A DNA stretch of 51,912 nt, taken from positions 1 through 51,912 of the IMG/VR virus record IMGVR_UViG_3300026306_000001; one strand, written 5' to 3'. Positions 34,095 through 44,043 of this stretch are shown here, piece by piece. Position 1 is the stretch's first letter; each line of letters starts with the position of its first letter. The notes beneath the pieces are model-generated. The model searched no databases. It was not told the origin of the DNA and saw nothing but the letters and a program-made list of their open reading frames with translations. The stretch is from a virus. Its lineage: Duplodnaviria > Caudoviricetes. The translations under genes were made by a program, and so were the position numbers.

Positions 34095-34934
34095 ATGGAT
34101 CAAACCGAGAATTCCAACAATAAGAATTCCGATCAAGAAAACGAGGCGGCCCTTAGAGAGTTTTTCTGGGTTAGCCTTTACGTCGGGTGTGCTGTTGTTT
34201 TCTTTGGGCTTGTCGTCGGGACGTTGGTAATTGCCGGCAACTGGCTTGATCGCAGAATCTCCGATCCTGTTCAATTTGTCACAGTAAATCTCTTGAACGT
34301 TCTGATCTTTGTCGCCATCGTTGCGCAGGTGCTTATCTACCGAAAACAATGGAAGATCATGGAGCGTCAATGGAGCGAGACGAAGAAACAGTCCGAGACC
34401 GCTCTCAAGCAATTTGAAACGACTGATCGACCGTGGCTTTCCTTCCACGTCGCTCCGAGCAAGTCTCTGACCTTTACTGATAACGGATTGGAGATGCAGT
34501 TTAAGGTTGCAGCAAAGAATATTGGCCGATCCGTAGCAATAAACGCCACGATCAACGCAAAGCCCATAATTCCTCAACTGGGCGCAGGGTATGATGTTTT
34601 TGGTGAAGTAAAGAGGGAGCAAGAGCGAGTCTGTAGCAATGTTGACTCGAAATTCCTGTCTTATATTATCTTTCCCGGTGATGACTACACTATTTACCAA
34701 GGTGCTTGCCTGAGCCAGGAACAAGTTGAACGCGGCCGATTGCTGGAAACTCCTATTTTTGCAATCTATCTTGTCGGGTGTGTGGACTACCAATTTGTCG
34801 GACACGAGCGGCATCATCAAACTCGGTTTATCTATGAAGTCCGGAGCGGTATAGGACTTAACATCGGTAAGGATGTTCCATTGCCGGAGTTGGCATTGCG
34901 TAAACACTTTTTTGGCGGCGATTACGCTGATTAG
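34095..34934 (+). CDS. membrane protein moron (two TMs, coiled coil, beta-sandwich domain)
   Basis: Two hydrophobic helices, then TDRPWL and KNIGRSVA motifs; AT-richer than flanks. Confidence 0.7.
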   Translation: MDQTENSNNKNSDQENEAALREFFWVSLYVGCAVVFFGLVVGTLVIAGNWLDRRISDPVQFVTVNLLNVLIFVAIVAQVLIYRKQWKIMERQWSETKKQSETALKQFETTDRPWLSFHVAPSKSLTFTDNGLEMQFKVAAKNIGRSVAINATINAKPIIPQLGAGYDVFGEVKREQERVCSNVDSKFLSYIIFPGDDYTIYQGACLSQEQVERGRLLETPIFAIYLVGCVDYQFVGHERHHQTRFIYEVRSGIGLNIGKDVPLPELALRKHFFGGDYAD

Positions 34935-35019
34935 GATTTTGAGTGATAAAACGACTAACGAAATCCAAATTAGGCCACTACCCAACGCCGCTTTTCCTTG
35001 ACTTTCCGTTGGTTCGCTG

Positions 35020-35787
35020 TCATAAGGATGCCCAGCCCGGCCTTGCAGGAATCGCAATGGTCATCCAGGTAGCCCGGGTAGTAGGAGCGAATGCCCCCTC
35101 ACCGTCCAAGAGATCATAATTCTGCTCTCGAAACAATTGCGTGAGTTCTTTAGCATTTCGGGAGACCTCGCAGATAATGACAGGTCGCTTTGCAAATAAG
35201 GACTTGCAGCAACTCAATGCTTCCAACTCCGCTCCTTCTATGTCGATTTTTAGAACGTCCGGCAAAGGGAAAATCTCGCCGAGATGGTCCAAAGTCGTTG
35301 TGCGCACACGGCAGATGCTCGCAGTGCCGCCAGCTGGAATCTGCCCATAACCTTCCAAAAAATTAGCCGAACGTGATCGGGTTGCGATATGGAAGTTTCG
35401 AACACCTGAGGAACCCGCGACGGCTGAATCGACAAGCACGATCTTAGCTAGGCCCTTACGAGAATCAGCTATGGACCGCGTGAGAAGTTTTAGATTGCCC
35501 AAATCCGGCTCAACGGCTACCACCAACCCTGCAGGCCCCGCTCGATAGGCCGCTGCAAAAGTGAATAATCCGACATTAGCGCCTATATCCCATACGACTG
35601 CGCCAGTCTGGACAAAGCGTCTCGCCGACTCCAGCAGTGGAGGGTCTATCAGTCTCATTGGCTTGAATAAGTATCTTAACCCGCCAGCCTGAGTGGTGAC
35701 ATAAAGTTTTGATCCTCCAAGATTAGATGGGAGACGCCGATTGAAACCAAGAGAACCCGTGAGTCTTTCTACGAGGGCGCGCAACAT
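35020..35787 (-). CDS. FkbM-family SAM-dependent methyltransferase
   Basis: VWDIGANVGLFT, AVEP, TTLD and LKIDIEGAE motifs. Confidence 0.92.
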   Translation of the reverse strand: MLRALVERLTGSLGFNRRLPSNLGGSKLYVTTQAGGLRYLFKPMRLIDPPLLESARRFVQTGAVVWDIGANVGLFTFAAAYRAGPAGLVVAVEPDLGNLKLLTRSIADSRKGLAKIVLVDSAVAGSSGVRNFHIATRSRSANFLEGYGQIPAGGTASICRVRTTTLDHLGEIFPLPDVLKIDIEGAELEALSCCKSLFAKRPVIICEVSRNAKELTQLFREQNYDLLDGEGAFAPTTRATWMTIAIPARPGWASL

Positions 35788-35794
35788 TTTTGCC

Positions 35795-35878
35795 AGAGTA
35801 TTTGGTTCGAGATTACTAAGTCAATCCGCATCTTAAAGAGCGCCACAATTTGACATAGCCCCGTTTATCAATTTAATT
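35795..35878. promoter_or_regulatory. divergent sigma70-like promoters for the two methyltransferases
   Basis: Minus strand: TTGACT-18-TACTCT, 7 nt before ATG 35787. Plus strand: TTGACA at 35850 with TTAATT 17 nt later. Confidence 0.55.
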
Positions 35879-35894
35879 GGTAGCGCTACCTCTC

Positions 35895-36668
35895 ATGAAC
35901 GCGGCCTTACATTATCGTCACCGGTATTACTCGCCAGCGTACGCCGCGCGCGTCGACATTGACGGCACGCCTCTGTTAGACGACCTGGCCCGCCGCTATC
36001 TGCCAAGTGGTGCCTGCGTCCTGGATGTCGGCGCCGGAGCTGGTGGCCGCAAACATCCCTGTCGCGAGCCTGGCATCAGACTGGTTGGGATTGACCCGTC
36101 ACCGCTGGTAACAAGCAACCCTGATTTGGATTGCTGCGTATGTCACCCGGCTGAAGAAATGCCGTTTGAGTCCGGCAGCTTCGACCTGGTATTTTCCGAC
36201 TTCACATTGGAACACCTTCCCAATCCCGAAGCTGTAATCAGCGAGATCCATCGGGTCTTAAAGCCAGGCGGGCACTTGGTATTCCGGACCGTGAATGCCT
36301 ACCATTATGTCGCCATGATCGCTCGATTCACCCCTGCCGGGCTGCGCGATCGCTTCTTAGAATTGGCGACTCGTTCGGAGGCTTTCCCAACTTTCTATCG
36401 ACTGAACACACGGAAGAAAATCAAGCGCCTGCTGCAGCACAACGGATTTAAGCTTGAGAGCGCAATTATGGTGGAAGGGCCACCGGACTACCTGGCTTTT
36501 TCACCGGTACTTTATTCGTTGGGCTTGATGTATGAGCGCATAGCCAATTCGAGCCGCTATTTCGACTTCATGAAATCGAACCTCATTATGGCGGCCGCCA
36601 AAGACGTAGACGCGCCAGCCTTAGGTGAGCCTGACGTACGTGAGAGTGGTCCTGCCGTCTGCGTTTGA
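35895..36668 (+). CDS. class I SAM-dependent methyltransferase (Methyltransf_11-like)
   Basis: VLDVGAGAG, GID, MPFESGSFDLV...LEHL...RVLKPGG motifs; converges on and overlaps the tailspike 3' end. Confidence 0.9.
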   Translation: MNAALHYRHRYYSPAYAARVDIDGTPLLDDLARRYLPSGACVLDVGAGAGGRKHPCREPGIRLVGIDPSPLVTSNPDLDCCVCHPAEEMPFESGSFDLVFSDFTLEHLPNPEAVISEIHRVLKPGGHLVFRTVNAYHYVAMIARFTPAGLRDRFLELATRSEAFPTFYRLNTRKKIKRLLQHNGFKLESAIMVEGPPDYLAFSPVLYSLGLMYERIANSSRYFDFMKSNLIMAAAKDVDAPALGEPDVRESGPAVCV

Positions 36669-39152
36669 ATAGAAACTATCAGAGGAATATGTTCCCAAAG
36701 ATGACCGCCACCCTTGCAACTCAATAGTTTTCGTGCCAGCCACGGTTATCAGACAAGACCCGCTCACCTGCCCATCAAATTCATTGTGAGAATCAGTGAA
36801 TAGGATCAAGAGTTCGCTTCCCGACACCGCTGCGGAATCTGTGTTGTTGTAGAGTCTCGACCTGAGGAAAGCATAGCCTGCGCTCACTTGCACTTGGTAG
36901 TGGATTTGAACCAGCACTAAATAAGTTCCTGCTGTGAGGGAAAGCGTCAGCCCGGTCGCCTCGAAAGTATCATTGGTTGACGGGGTAAAGGTTGAAGGGA
37001 GCGCAGACGAACCACTCGTGTTGGGAATGATGGTCTCAAGCTTATCCCTGATCGCGTTCTTGGTTGGAACACTTGTATTACCGTTCCATGTTGTTGAGTC
37101 GTATGCGTCATCAGGAACCTTCACATTTCCTGAGTACGGATCGAGAACGATGTCGCCCGAGGAATTGGTTTTAACAAGCGAAGTCTGATTTGTTTCATTG
37201 CTCAGCGCATAAGCGGACGTGTAAATCTGCATCCCATACTTGGAGTAATCAACGTGAAGACTGCTGCCGATCTTGACGTTCGTGTCTGAGAGCAATCGAT
37301 CTCGCCCGACTACTGTAATCTGTGGATTTGCATAGCTCGCATAACTACTGGTCGCGGTGAAGTTGATCCAACCCAAAGCTGATGGCCCGTTGTTACCGAT
37401 CAAAGTCAATTGGATCGCGTTGTAGGAATAGAGCGCGAAGATGTCAGCGTTGCCAGCCTGCAAAACACAATGTTCAATCGTCAGTTCAGTGTATCCCCCG
37501 ATGTTTGGGCCGCTGTAAATGATGAAGGGCACGAGAGCACTAGCGGTCGCATCGCTGATTAGCTGCCGGAGGTTGGCTTGCCTGAACCCATTACCACTTA
37601 ACGGATGTCGAGCGTCCAGCGTGAAGAAAACCCTGTACTCACCCGCGCCGGCCAGCGACGTGATGCCCTCAAAACCATTATTGAAGTCGCCCGCCCATCG
37701 AAGATTGCCAGAGTTCGCTGAACTGGAATCGCCGGAAGTAAAGAACCCGCAATCTCTGAATAGAAGATCCCCGGTCTGATTCCCATGAACATCGGCGCCC
37801 CAGGCTAAGCCACCAAACTGACAATTCTCGAAGTACAGTTCGGAGGTTATGTGACTGCTTGTGCTCGCACCATCAATAGGAATCTGAAACCCGATACTTC
37901 CAGCAGCGTTGGCTGAGAAGCTGGACCGCTTCCAGACTGATTGAAATCCTCCACCACCAAAGAAGTCACACGAGACGAGGGCGTACTTAACTCTCGAATT
38001 CGGATCGGCAAAGTCCAGATTCTCCCATGTGATTGCAGACCCGCAAGCGAGAATTCCAATCACCCCCGTTTGAGTTCCGGTGTATTGAATCCTCACTACA
38101 GACGTGAAGTTGATCATGTCCGCGGCCGCCCCTGAAATCCGAACGCCTGTTACGACCGTTCCGCTCGAGTTCTTTAATCGAAGAATGAGAGGTACTTGAG
38201 TGTCAACCGTACCGACAACAGAAACGATGCCGCCTCCCGCCTCCATTGAGGCGTCATAGGCTTGCTGAAATCCCGAGACGACAGAATGAGCCGTCCCGGC
38301 AGATGGAGCGGCCCCGCCTGAGTTGTAAGCGAAGATAAACCCGTTGACGTGGCTTAGGGGAACGGTGTCCTGTAAGTGCATCGATCCAGCCGATGCCGTG
38401 GTCCCAAGATAGCGACGGACCGCTACAGCACCCGACGGAGGCTCGACAGCCTGACGGAACTTGATGTAATCCCCGGCGCTGACTGCGATGCCCGATGAAA
38501 TCGCACTTAGGGCGCTCTCGGTCCCATCCCCGCAGAGATAAGCATAAGCACCGTAATAGGTAGTCGCCGCGATAATTCCGGTCGATGTCACCGTTGGGGC
38601 AGTGACCGGCGGGCTAACCGTCAGACCGTTGAACGTTGTAGTCGTTGCGGCCCCGGCCGGAGGCGCGGCCCCTGCGGCGTTCCAGATAACACCACTCCCA
38701 CCAAAAGGGCCATCATTGTCACCAAAGGCAAATTGACCGGGAATGTTCGGGGAAGGAATCCCATCGGCTTTGTGATAGGTCGCTCCACCATCGTTGGACA
38801 TGTAGACGTTGCAGGCAACTGCCCACTTGGAATTATTCCCGAGTGAAGCAAAGACCTTGACCCCTAGTCCCTGCGTTGTCGTTCCGGTGAAAGTCGTTGC
38901 AGGAGATAACCCTGTCTCGCCATTCCAAGTCAGATAGGTGTAAGCAACTTTATAAGAAGCAGCGGCAAGACCAGCGCCAAACGCTGCAGCTTTCGTGAGT
39001 GTTGGCGCGCTTGTTGGTGCTGGTACTGTAACGGTTAGATCGTCGTAGCCATGCGGGAAAAAGGTGTTTCCAAGCCCCAGATCTGCGGGCTTCCACGTTT
39101 TATGCGTGTCGTCCCAAACGTGTACTTGTCCGTCTCGAATTAGCGCAGTCAT
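36621..39152 (-). CDS. tailspike/receptor-binding protein (two FN3-like modules, beta-helix, C-terminal beta-sandwich)
   Basis: Last tail gene; FQQAYDA...GGG.V beta-helix cap, F.NC.F repeats, DDAYD..TWNG...PTKNAIRDK linker. Confidence 0.75.
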   Translation of the reverse strand: MTALIRDGQVHVWDDTHKTWKPADLGLGNTFFPHGYDDLTVTVPAPTSAPTLTKAAAFGAGLAAASYKVAYTYLTWNGETGLSPATTFTGTTTQGLGVKVFASLGNNSKWAVACNVYMSNDGGATYHKADGIPSPNIPGQFAFGDNDGPFGGSGVIWNAAGAAPPAGAATTTTFNGLTVSPPVTAPTVTSTGIIAATTYYGAYAYLCGDGTESALSAISSGIAVSAGDYIKFRQAVEPPSGAVAVRRYLGTTASAGSMHLQDTVPLSHVNGFIFAYNSGGAAPSAGTAHSVVSGFQQAYDASMEAGGGIVSVVGTVDTQVPLILRLKNSSGTVVTGVRISGAAADMINFTSVVRIQYTGTQTGVIGILACGSAITWENLDFADPNSRVKYALVSCDFFGGGGFQSVWKRSSFSANAAGSIGFQIPIDGASTSSHITSELYFENCQFGGLAWGADVHGNQTGDLLFRDCGFFTSGDSSSANSGNLRWAGDFNNGFEGITSLAGAGEYRVFFTLDARHPLSGNGFRQANLRQLISDATASALVPFIIYSGPNIGGYTELTIEHCVLQAGNADIFALYSYNAIQLTLIGNNGPSALGWINFTATSSYASYANPQITVVGRDRLLSDTNVKIGSSLHVDYSKYGMQIYTSAYALSNETNQTSLVKTNSSGDIVLDPYSGNVKVPDDAYDSTTWNGNTSVPTKNAIRDKLETIIPNTSGSSALPSTFTPSTNDTFEATGLTLSLTAGTYLVLVQIHYQVQVSAGYAFLRSRLYNNTDSAAVSGSELLILFTDSHNEFDGQVSGSCLITVAGTKTIELQGWRSSLGTYSSDSFYSNADGRTTLTYVRLT

Positions 39153-42100
39153 TATCCCGTCACCGTTGATGGCAAACTCTCAATGCCAGTGTCTGCTATT
39201 TGGGTTATGTCGAAGCGAACCGTTGCCGGGTTAGTCCCTCCAAAATCCGTTTTTGCCATGTCGTCCGTGTAGACGAACTGTCGCGGATAATACGGTTTGA
39301 CGCGCACCTTTAGCGCCCCTTGCGCTCCCGGTAACGATTCCGAAAAGGACATACTCAGCTTGACTGGATAATCAATCGGGTTCTGAAAAGTACGCATCCA
39401 GAGCGCGTCATTCACGTAATACTCGGCATGTCCGTTCTTTAGTTGAATCTTGAGTCGAGATCCGGCCAAAAGTCGTCGTTTTAGTCCGGTGGCCCCTTCG
39501 GCGTCAATAAACTGAGGCGAGCCAGAAGACGTTGAGTCTTCCACGTAGACGCCAGTTATAGGCCCCGGCGTCACCGGGCTAATCGCCAAGAAGAAAAACG
39601 GGCGGCTATCAACCTCCCACAAAATGTCCATATCACCCGCGAAGGCTTGAGACACATAGAGCAAAACATCAGTTGGCTGCACTGTGGTGTAAATTGACCC
39701 GTCAGGGTCGCGGGAAATCAGACTTTGATTACCTGCCCCAGTGTTGTAAGTCCACTTTGCTGGAACGTAGTCTTGGATTTGCTCAATCGTTGCTGTTCGC
39801 TTTAGTGCCGCCGTAGAAGAATCCCGAACTCGCAGGATGTACTTCTCAGGCAAGAACGCATCAACAACTCCCGGCTCCCAAGTGATCACCCTGTCATTAC
39901 TGATTTTGGTTAAAACGAGAGACGTTGGCGGCTCTGGTCTGATTAAGATGGAATCTTCTGCTTGCCCTGACGAGAGACTTCTTCCAAACACTGATTGCGT
40001 GATGACTTTGATCCAATACGTTCCTGCCGACGTGGCCCTAATCTCGCAATGCCCATGATTGTTTGAGTCAGGGTAGACGGTATCAACCATCTTATATTCC
40101 GAGTCGTCAGGTTCAACCGCCGGCAAGACGAAGGATGGACCTTTCAAAAACACATGGGCCAACTGAGCACCCGCAAAGCTCGCGAAATCGAAGTCAACGG
40201 CAATGCCAGTAAGATAGTTTTCCGTCTGGGTCAGCGTTAGATTTGACGCGACCGGTGGAGGCTCACTCAGATACTTCAGAGTCGTCGCGACAACCACAGG
40301 CTTGCGCCCAATCTGACCCTCCAGCAGAGAAGATGAATACACCTTGCCCGTCAGTGAAACATCGAACTCGCCGCTAAGAGTTTTTGCAGTAACAAAAATC
40401 GGTTGATTGACCAGATAGTTTTCAATCAGCCCGGTTCCTTCATCGAAGCGATAGTCATTCACGGCCACCACGTCACCAATTTCGAGGACTATGGCCGCTT
40501 CATCTGACATCCACTTGGCGCCAGCTCCGCCGTCGCGTTCTTCGGCAAGAGTCGCATGACACAAACGCGACGCTTGAGAGAAGTTGTCTACGCCCGAAAG
40601 GTTGATCTCTTTCTTGTTGACTTGTTTAATGGCCCGCTGGTGCGCGCGGTCATTAACTGTGACCTTAGTCCGTTTGAATCCATTGGCTGCGTCGACGTAC
40701 TCGCCGCTCGTCTGGTTGATCTTTGAAGCTGAGGGAATCCACTTAAACGATCCTTCTCGCATATTGAATGCGTTGAAAACTTCAGCGACCCGGATCGTTT
40801 CGCCCCCGGTCTGGTTTAACGTAGACGGGAAGTCCTGATCGTAATCCGCAACGTCGTCAATCGTGAACGATCCGCCTGCGTTCGTCTCAAGAAAGCGAAC
40901 GTGATCGTCGTTCACTGCCGGCGAGAAATACCAGTTGACCTCTGCGGCGCCCGTCGGCAGAGCTCCAAGACTGGCCACCGATACTTTCTGGCCGGCGGCG
41001 ATCGTAACCTTCTTGAGCGGGCTCATTAACGTTTCGGAACCGGATCCGTCAACCAATGAATAACCTAAGTAGTAATTGCCAGGAGCGAGCGTCCCGCTTC
41101 CCGTCGCACTTGCGGTTGGTTCGGTGACGGGCGAGTCAACTTGAGATTCGTGATCGTTTACGAGTGCAGAAGCAAAGATGAGCTTTCCAACAGTCGAGTA
41201 AATGTGAACAACGTTGTCCTCGTTCCAGACCGCCCGCACGTATTGATTAAGATCGGGATCGGCATTGATGAGAGCCGCCAACATTCCAGCTACGGACTCG
41301 TTAATGTCGTTCGCCAGGACCGTATAAGCGATCGGAATGTCCCAAACCGTGACGACTAAATCACCACTGGCTCCTGAAACGGTTACGGTTCCCGACGAAG
41401 GCACAGACGTAGAACCTCCCGCGAGCGTGGCGCCACTGCGAGTAAGGCCCGTTCCTGAGACTGCCAGGGTGATTGCGTTACCAGTAGCGGGGTGATATTC
41501 AGCAGAAGTGACGGCTCGATACTCGGACGTCACCAAACCGGGATTGATTAGCAGGTATCCTCGCAGAGATGCCCGCCACGGCTCCACGTTAGCCACCAAA
41601 ACGAACGTAGCGCCCATCGAGGCGTCAGATATCAGGTAAGTGGAATCGGAGGCTCTCTTGGCTCGAATATCCTGCCGTCCGGCCGTATCTGTCACTCGAT
41701 AGAGCCTTCCGGCCGGAAGAACGACATTATTGAGAAAATCGATCGCGTTGCTCGTATCAGTCAGGGGAAGGTTCAGGGTCCAGGCTTTGCGGACTACGGG
41801 TTGGGCCGGCAGAACGTTGCCATCCATCCCGTCAGTGACGATAGCGATAATGCTGAAACTCAATCCTGCGGCTGGCGTCCCATCAGGCTGGAATCCGGCC
41901 ATTCCGACCCACCATCGACCTGATACGGGATTATCAACGATGACTGTTTGAGGGCTGGCAGTGTAGGCGAAGTCGTCATAGCTCGTAAGAGTAGGTTTCG
42001 AGCCCGCTCTGACGTAGGTTGTGCCATCGCCACTCCCGGTCGCGACCACCTGCAGTTCTGTCGCACCCGTTGGGACGTCAATCCAGTAATATTTCCATGC

Positions 42101-43618
42101 GCTCGTAGCGACTGTCTGGCCAGCCAAGAGAACGCTATCCGTAAGTTGATGATCGCCGCCTCCTGGGTTTTCACCCCCAAACGAAACGGCAAACGCATCA
42201 TCGCGATTAGTGGTTAGCGGATCGGGTTCGCCTGAATCGAGTAAATGTCTGAAGTATCGAGAATCAATCAGTCCGGTAGAACTGAGGCGCGTGAGATTTC
42301 CGTTGATTAACGCACTAAGATCATGATCTCTGAGCGCGAGAAATTCACCGTTTGATTTGTCGATTATTGGTCGCTGTCTTTCGGCGTGAACTGCCGGGAG
42401 ATTATCGTCACGCACCAGCTCAGGTTCGAGGCCGAAGAAGTCAGGCGACGTGAGGACAAAACGCGCTGCATAAACCGGAGAATCAGAGAATCCGACTTGA
42501 TTGAAAATGCCATCCTCATCAGGCAGATCCATTTCAACCAGTACCACGCCGATCAATGTAGCGACTTGATCCATTTGCGGATTCGCAAAAGGTTGAGACT
42601 CAGATTCAGGGCCACCAATAGCAAACCCCACATAGGCTTTACGTGATCCGTACCAGGTGTTTTCAGGATAAGTGTTTTCTATCGTGTCCGGAGTCGCATT
42701 AGTACCCGTGCCTCCCGGATCTCCCAGGTGCACGTGAGTTTGTTTGTGTGCTTCGTCTGCCCACCAGCCATAGAAAATATAGTTGGAGTCGGGCAGTTGA
42801 AAGTTCGTGATCGAGGTGACTTTGTGTCCAACGAAAAGCCAGATACCAATGATGAAAAACCCAGAGTCAAACCAAAACACCGGTAGCCCTTGGAGCTGCG
42901 CGCGACCGGAAGCGATTAAAGGAACTACCGCGCCATCTGTCTCTGACACAGAACTCCACTGGTTAAATTTGATTCGATCTTTCTTTCTCGGTAAAAAGCC
43001 AAAGCGATTCGATTGAACCGGGTCGTTGTACTTAACGAGAGACTGGTGCGCGTTGAAGGGAAAGCCTTCGTTCAGAATGTCGTTTGGCGATCGTCCATCT
43101 GGATCTTCAGCGGTTATCGTGCCGCGTGGGATCTCGCAATCAAGAGTGGCTAATTCTTCTTGAGCTGTGAGTTGGCCTTGTTCTCGATCCAGTTCTGAAT
43201 TGTCAGGAGCTTGAAGCCTCAAAACCCACTGGCGAGAATCTTCCAGGGCCACGGAGTGATCCCAGTTGACGTAACGAATAACCAACCGCAGGCCATCAAC
43301 AATTTGAGTGGCGCAAAATTGCGAGAGAAAGCGGTCCGCATTCTCGATCGTTAGAGTAATCGAATTGAATTGACCTGAAATGAACTCGGAAAGTTCACCG
43401 TGAGTAAAAATACGCGCGCTGTAGAAATTTCCCAGCCAGGTGCAATCATGTTTGGCCCACAAAGCAATCGCATCCGCGGGATCGAATAGTCCGTCGACGT
43501 CTGGATAATAATTGGATTCGTATACCTCGAAGAGAAGCGAACGGTTGCGCGAGATATCGTCGCTGGCAGACCGCGCCGGAACTAAGGCGAGGGCAAGGTT
43601 GGCCGTCAGTTCTAACAT
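39152..43618 (-). CDS. large tail tip/hub protein (gpJ-like) with an inserted PPC-like domain
   Basis: 1488 aa after the distal tail gene; INLSGVDNFSQASRL...LEIGDVV motif, FN3-like C-terminal region. Confidence 0.8.
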   Translation of the reverse strand: MLELTANLALALVPARSASDDISRNRSLLFEVYESNYYPDVDGLFDPADAIALWAKHDCTWLGNFYSARIFTHGELSEFISGQFNSITLTIENADRFLSQFCATQIVDGLRLVIRYVNWDHSVALEDSRQWVLRLQAPDNSELDREQGQLTAQEELATLDCEIPRGTITAEDPDGRSPNDILNEGFPFNAHQSLVKYNDPVQSNRFGFLPRKKDRIKFNQWSSVSETDGAVVPLIASGRAQLQGLPVFWFDSGFFIIGIWLFVGHKVTSITNFQLPDSNYIFYGWWADEAHKQTHVHLGDPGGTGTNATPDTIENTYPENTWYGSRKAYVGFAIGGPESESQPFANPQMDQVATLIGVVLVEMDLPDEDGIFNQVGFSDSPVYAARFVLTSPDFFGLEPELVRDDNLPAVHAERQRPIIDKSNGEFLALRDHDLSALINGNLTRLSSTGLIDSRYFRHLLDSGEPDPLTTNRDDAFAVSFGGENPGGGDHQLTDSVLLAGQTVATSAWKYYWIDVPTGATELQVVATGSGDGTTYVRAGSKPTLTSYDDFAYTASPQTVIVDNPVSGRWWVGMAGFQPDGTPAAGLSFSIIAIVTDGMDGNVLPAQPVVRKAWTLNLPLTDTSNAIDFLNNVVLPAGRLYRVTDTAGRQDIRAKRASDSTYLISDASMGATFVLVANVEPWRASLRGYLLINPGLVTSEYRAVTSAEYHPATGNAITLAVSGTGLTRSGATLAGGSTSVPSSGTVTVSGASGDLVVTVWDIPIAYTVLANDINESVAGMLAALINADPDLNQYVRAVWNEDNVVHIYSTVGKLIFASALVNDHESQVDSPVTEPTASATGSGTLAPGNYYLGYSLVDGSGSETLMSPLKKVTIAAGQKVSVASLGALPTGAAEVNWYFSPAVNDDHVRFLETNAGGSFTIDDVADYDQDFPSTLNQTGGETIRVAEVFNAFNMREGSFKWIPSASKINQTSGEYVDAANGFKRTKVTVNDRAHQRAIKQVNKKEINLSGVDNFSQASRLCHATLAEERDGGAGAKWMSDEAAIVLEIGDVVAVNDYRFDEGTGLIENYLVNQPIFVTAKTLSGEFDVSLTGKVYSSSLLEGQIGRKPVVVATTLKYLSEPPPVASNLTLTQTENYLTGIAVDFDFASFAGAQLAHVFLKGPSFVLPAVEPDDSEYKMVDTVYPDSNNHGHCEIRATSAGTYWIKVITQSVFGRSLSSGQAEDSILIRPEPPTSLVLTKISNDRVITWEPGVVDAFLPEKYILRVRDSSTAALKRTATIEQIQDYVPAKWTYNTGAGNQSLISRDPDGSIYTTVQPTDVLLYVSQAFAGDMDILWEVDSRPFFFLAISPVTPGPITGVYVEDSTSSGSPQFIDAEGATGLKRRLLAGSRLKIQLKNGHAEYYVNDALWMRTFQNPIDYPVKLSMSFSESLPGAQGALKVRVKPYYPRQFVYTDDMAKTDFGGTNPATVRFDITQIADTGIESLPSTVTG

Positions 43619-44037
43619 TATGCCAGCCCTTCCTTGACGAGAGTGATGACCCGTTCCTGAGCGTTGATTCCATTGATCTCGGCATGTGCCGGCTTCTCGT
43701 AGTTTTCATAGTGAACCCCGGTATACAGCGTTCCTGAGTCGTCTTCACCGGTACGCCATTGTCGAAACTCAAATCCAAGTAGTCCATCCTTAGCTTCTGC
43801 GAAATGATCATCAAGTTGCTTGGCTTGAACTCGAGTTAGTCCTTTGTAGTGCAATACCCAAGTGCGAATCCGAGCAGTTGAATCGGCGCCACGCGTGGCC
43901 CCGACCATCATCGGCTTAACTACAACACCCGGATATTTATCTGTTAGCCGCTGAAGGAAATTGACTATCGGGCCGGAGACATCTCCGCCGTAGGAAGCTG
44001 CATATCTGGAATCAGTTGGGAATCGAGAGACTGCCAC
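43618..44037 (-). CDS. distal tail protein (gpM/Dit-like)
   Basis: W.L.Y..LT......L..HF...K.....F.F motif; position after the tape measure. Confidence 0.65.
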   Translation of the reverse strand: MAVSRFPTDSRYAASYGGDVSGPIVNFLQRLTDKYPGVVVKPMMVGATRGADSTARIRTWVLHYKGLTRVQAKQLDDHFAEAKDGLLGFEFRQWRTGEDDSGTLYTGVHYENYEKPAHAEINGINAQERVITLVKEGLA

Positions 44038-44043
44038 CGGCTG

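Noticed and set aside
33936-35057. 373-aa minus-strand ORF
   Set aside because: Fully antisense to the membrane-protein gene, which has a clear TM architecture; this ORF has no protein-like motifs.
36621-39152. Diversity-generating retroelement targeting the tailspike
   Set aside because: No reverse transcriptase, and no adenine-divergent TR/VR repeat pair noticed.
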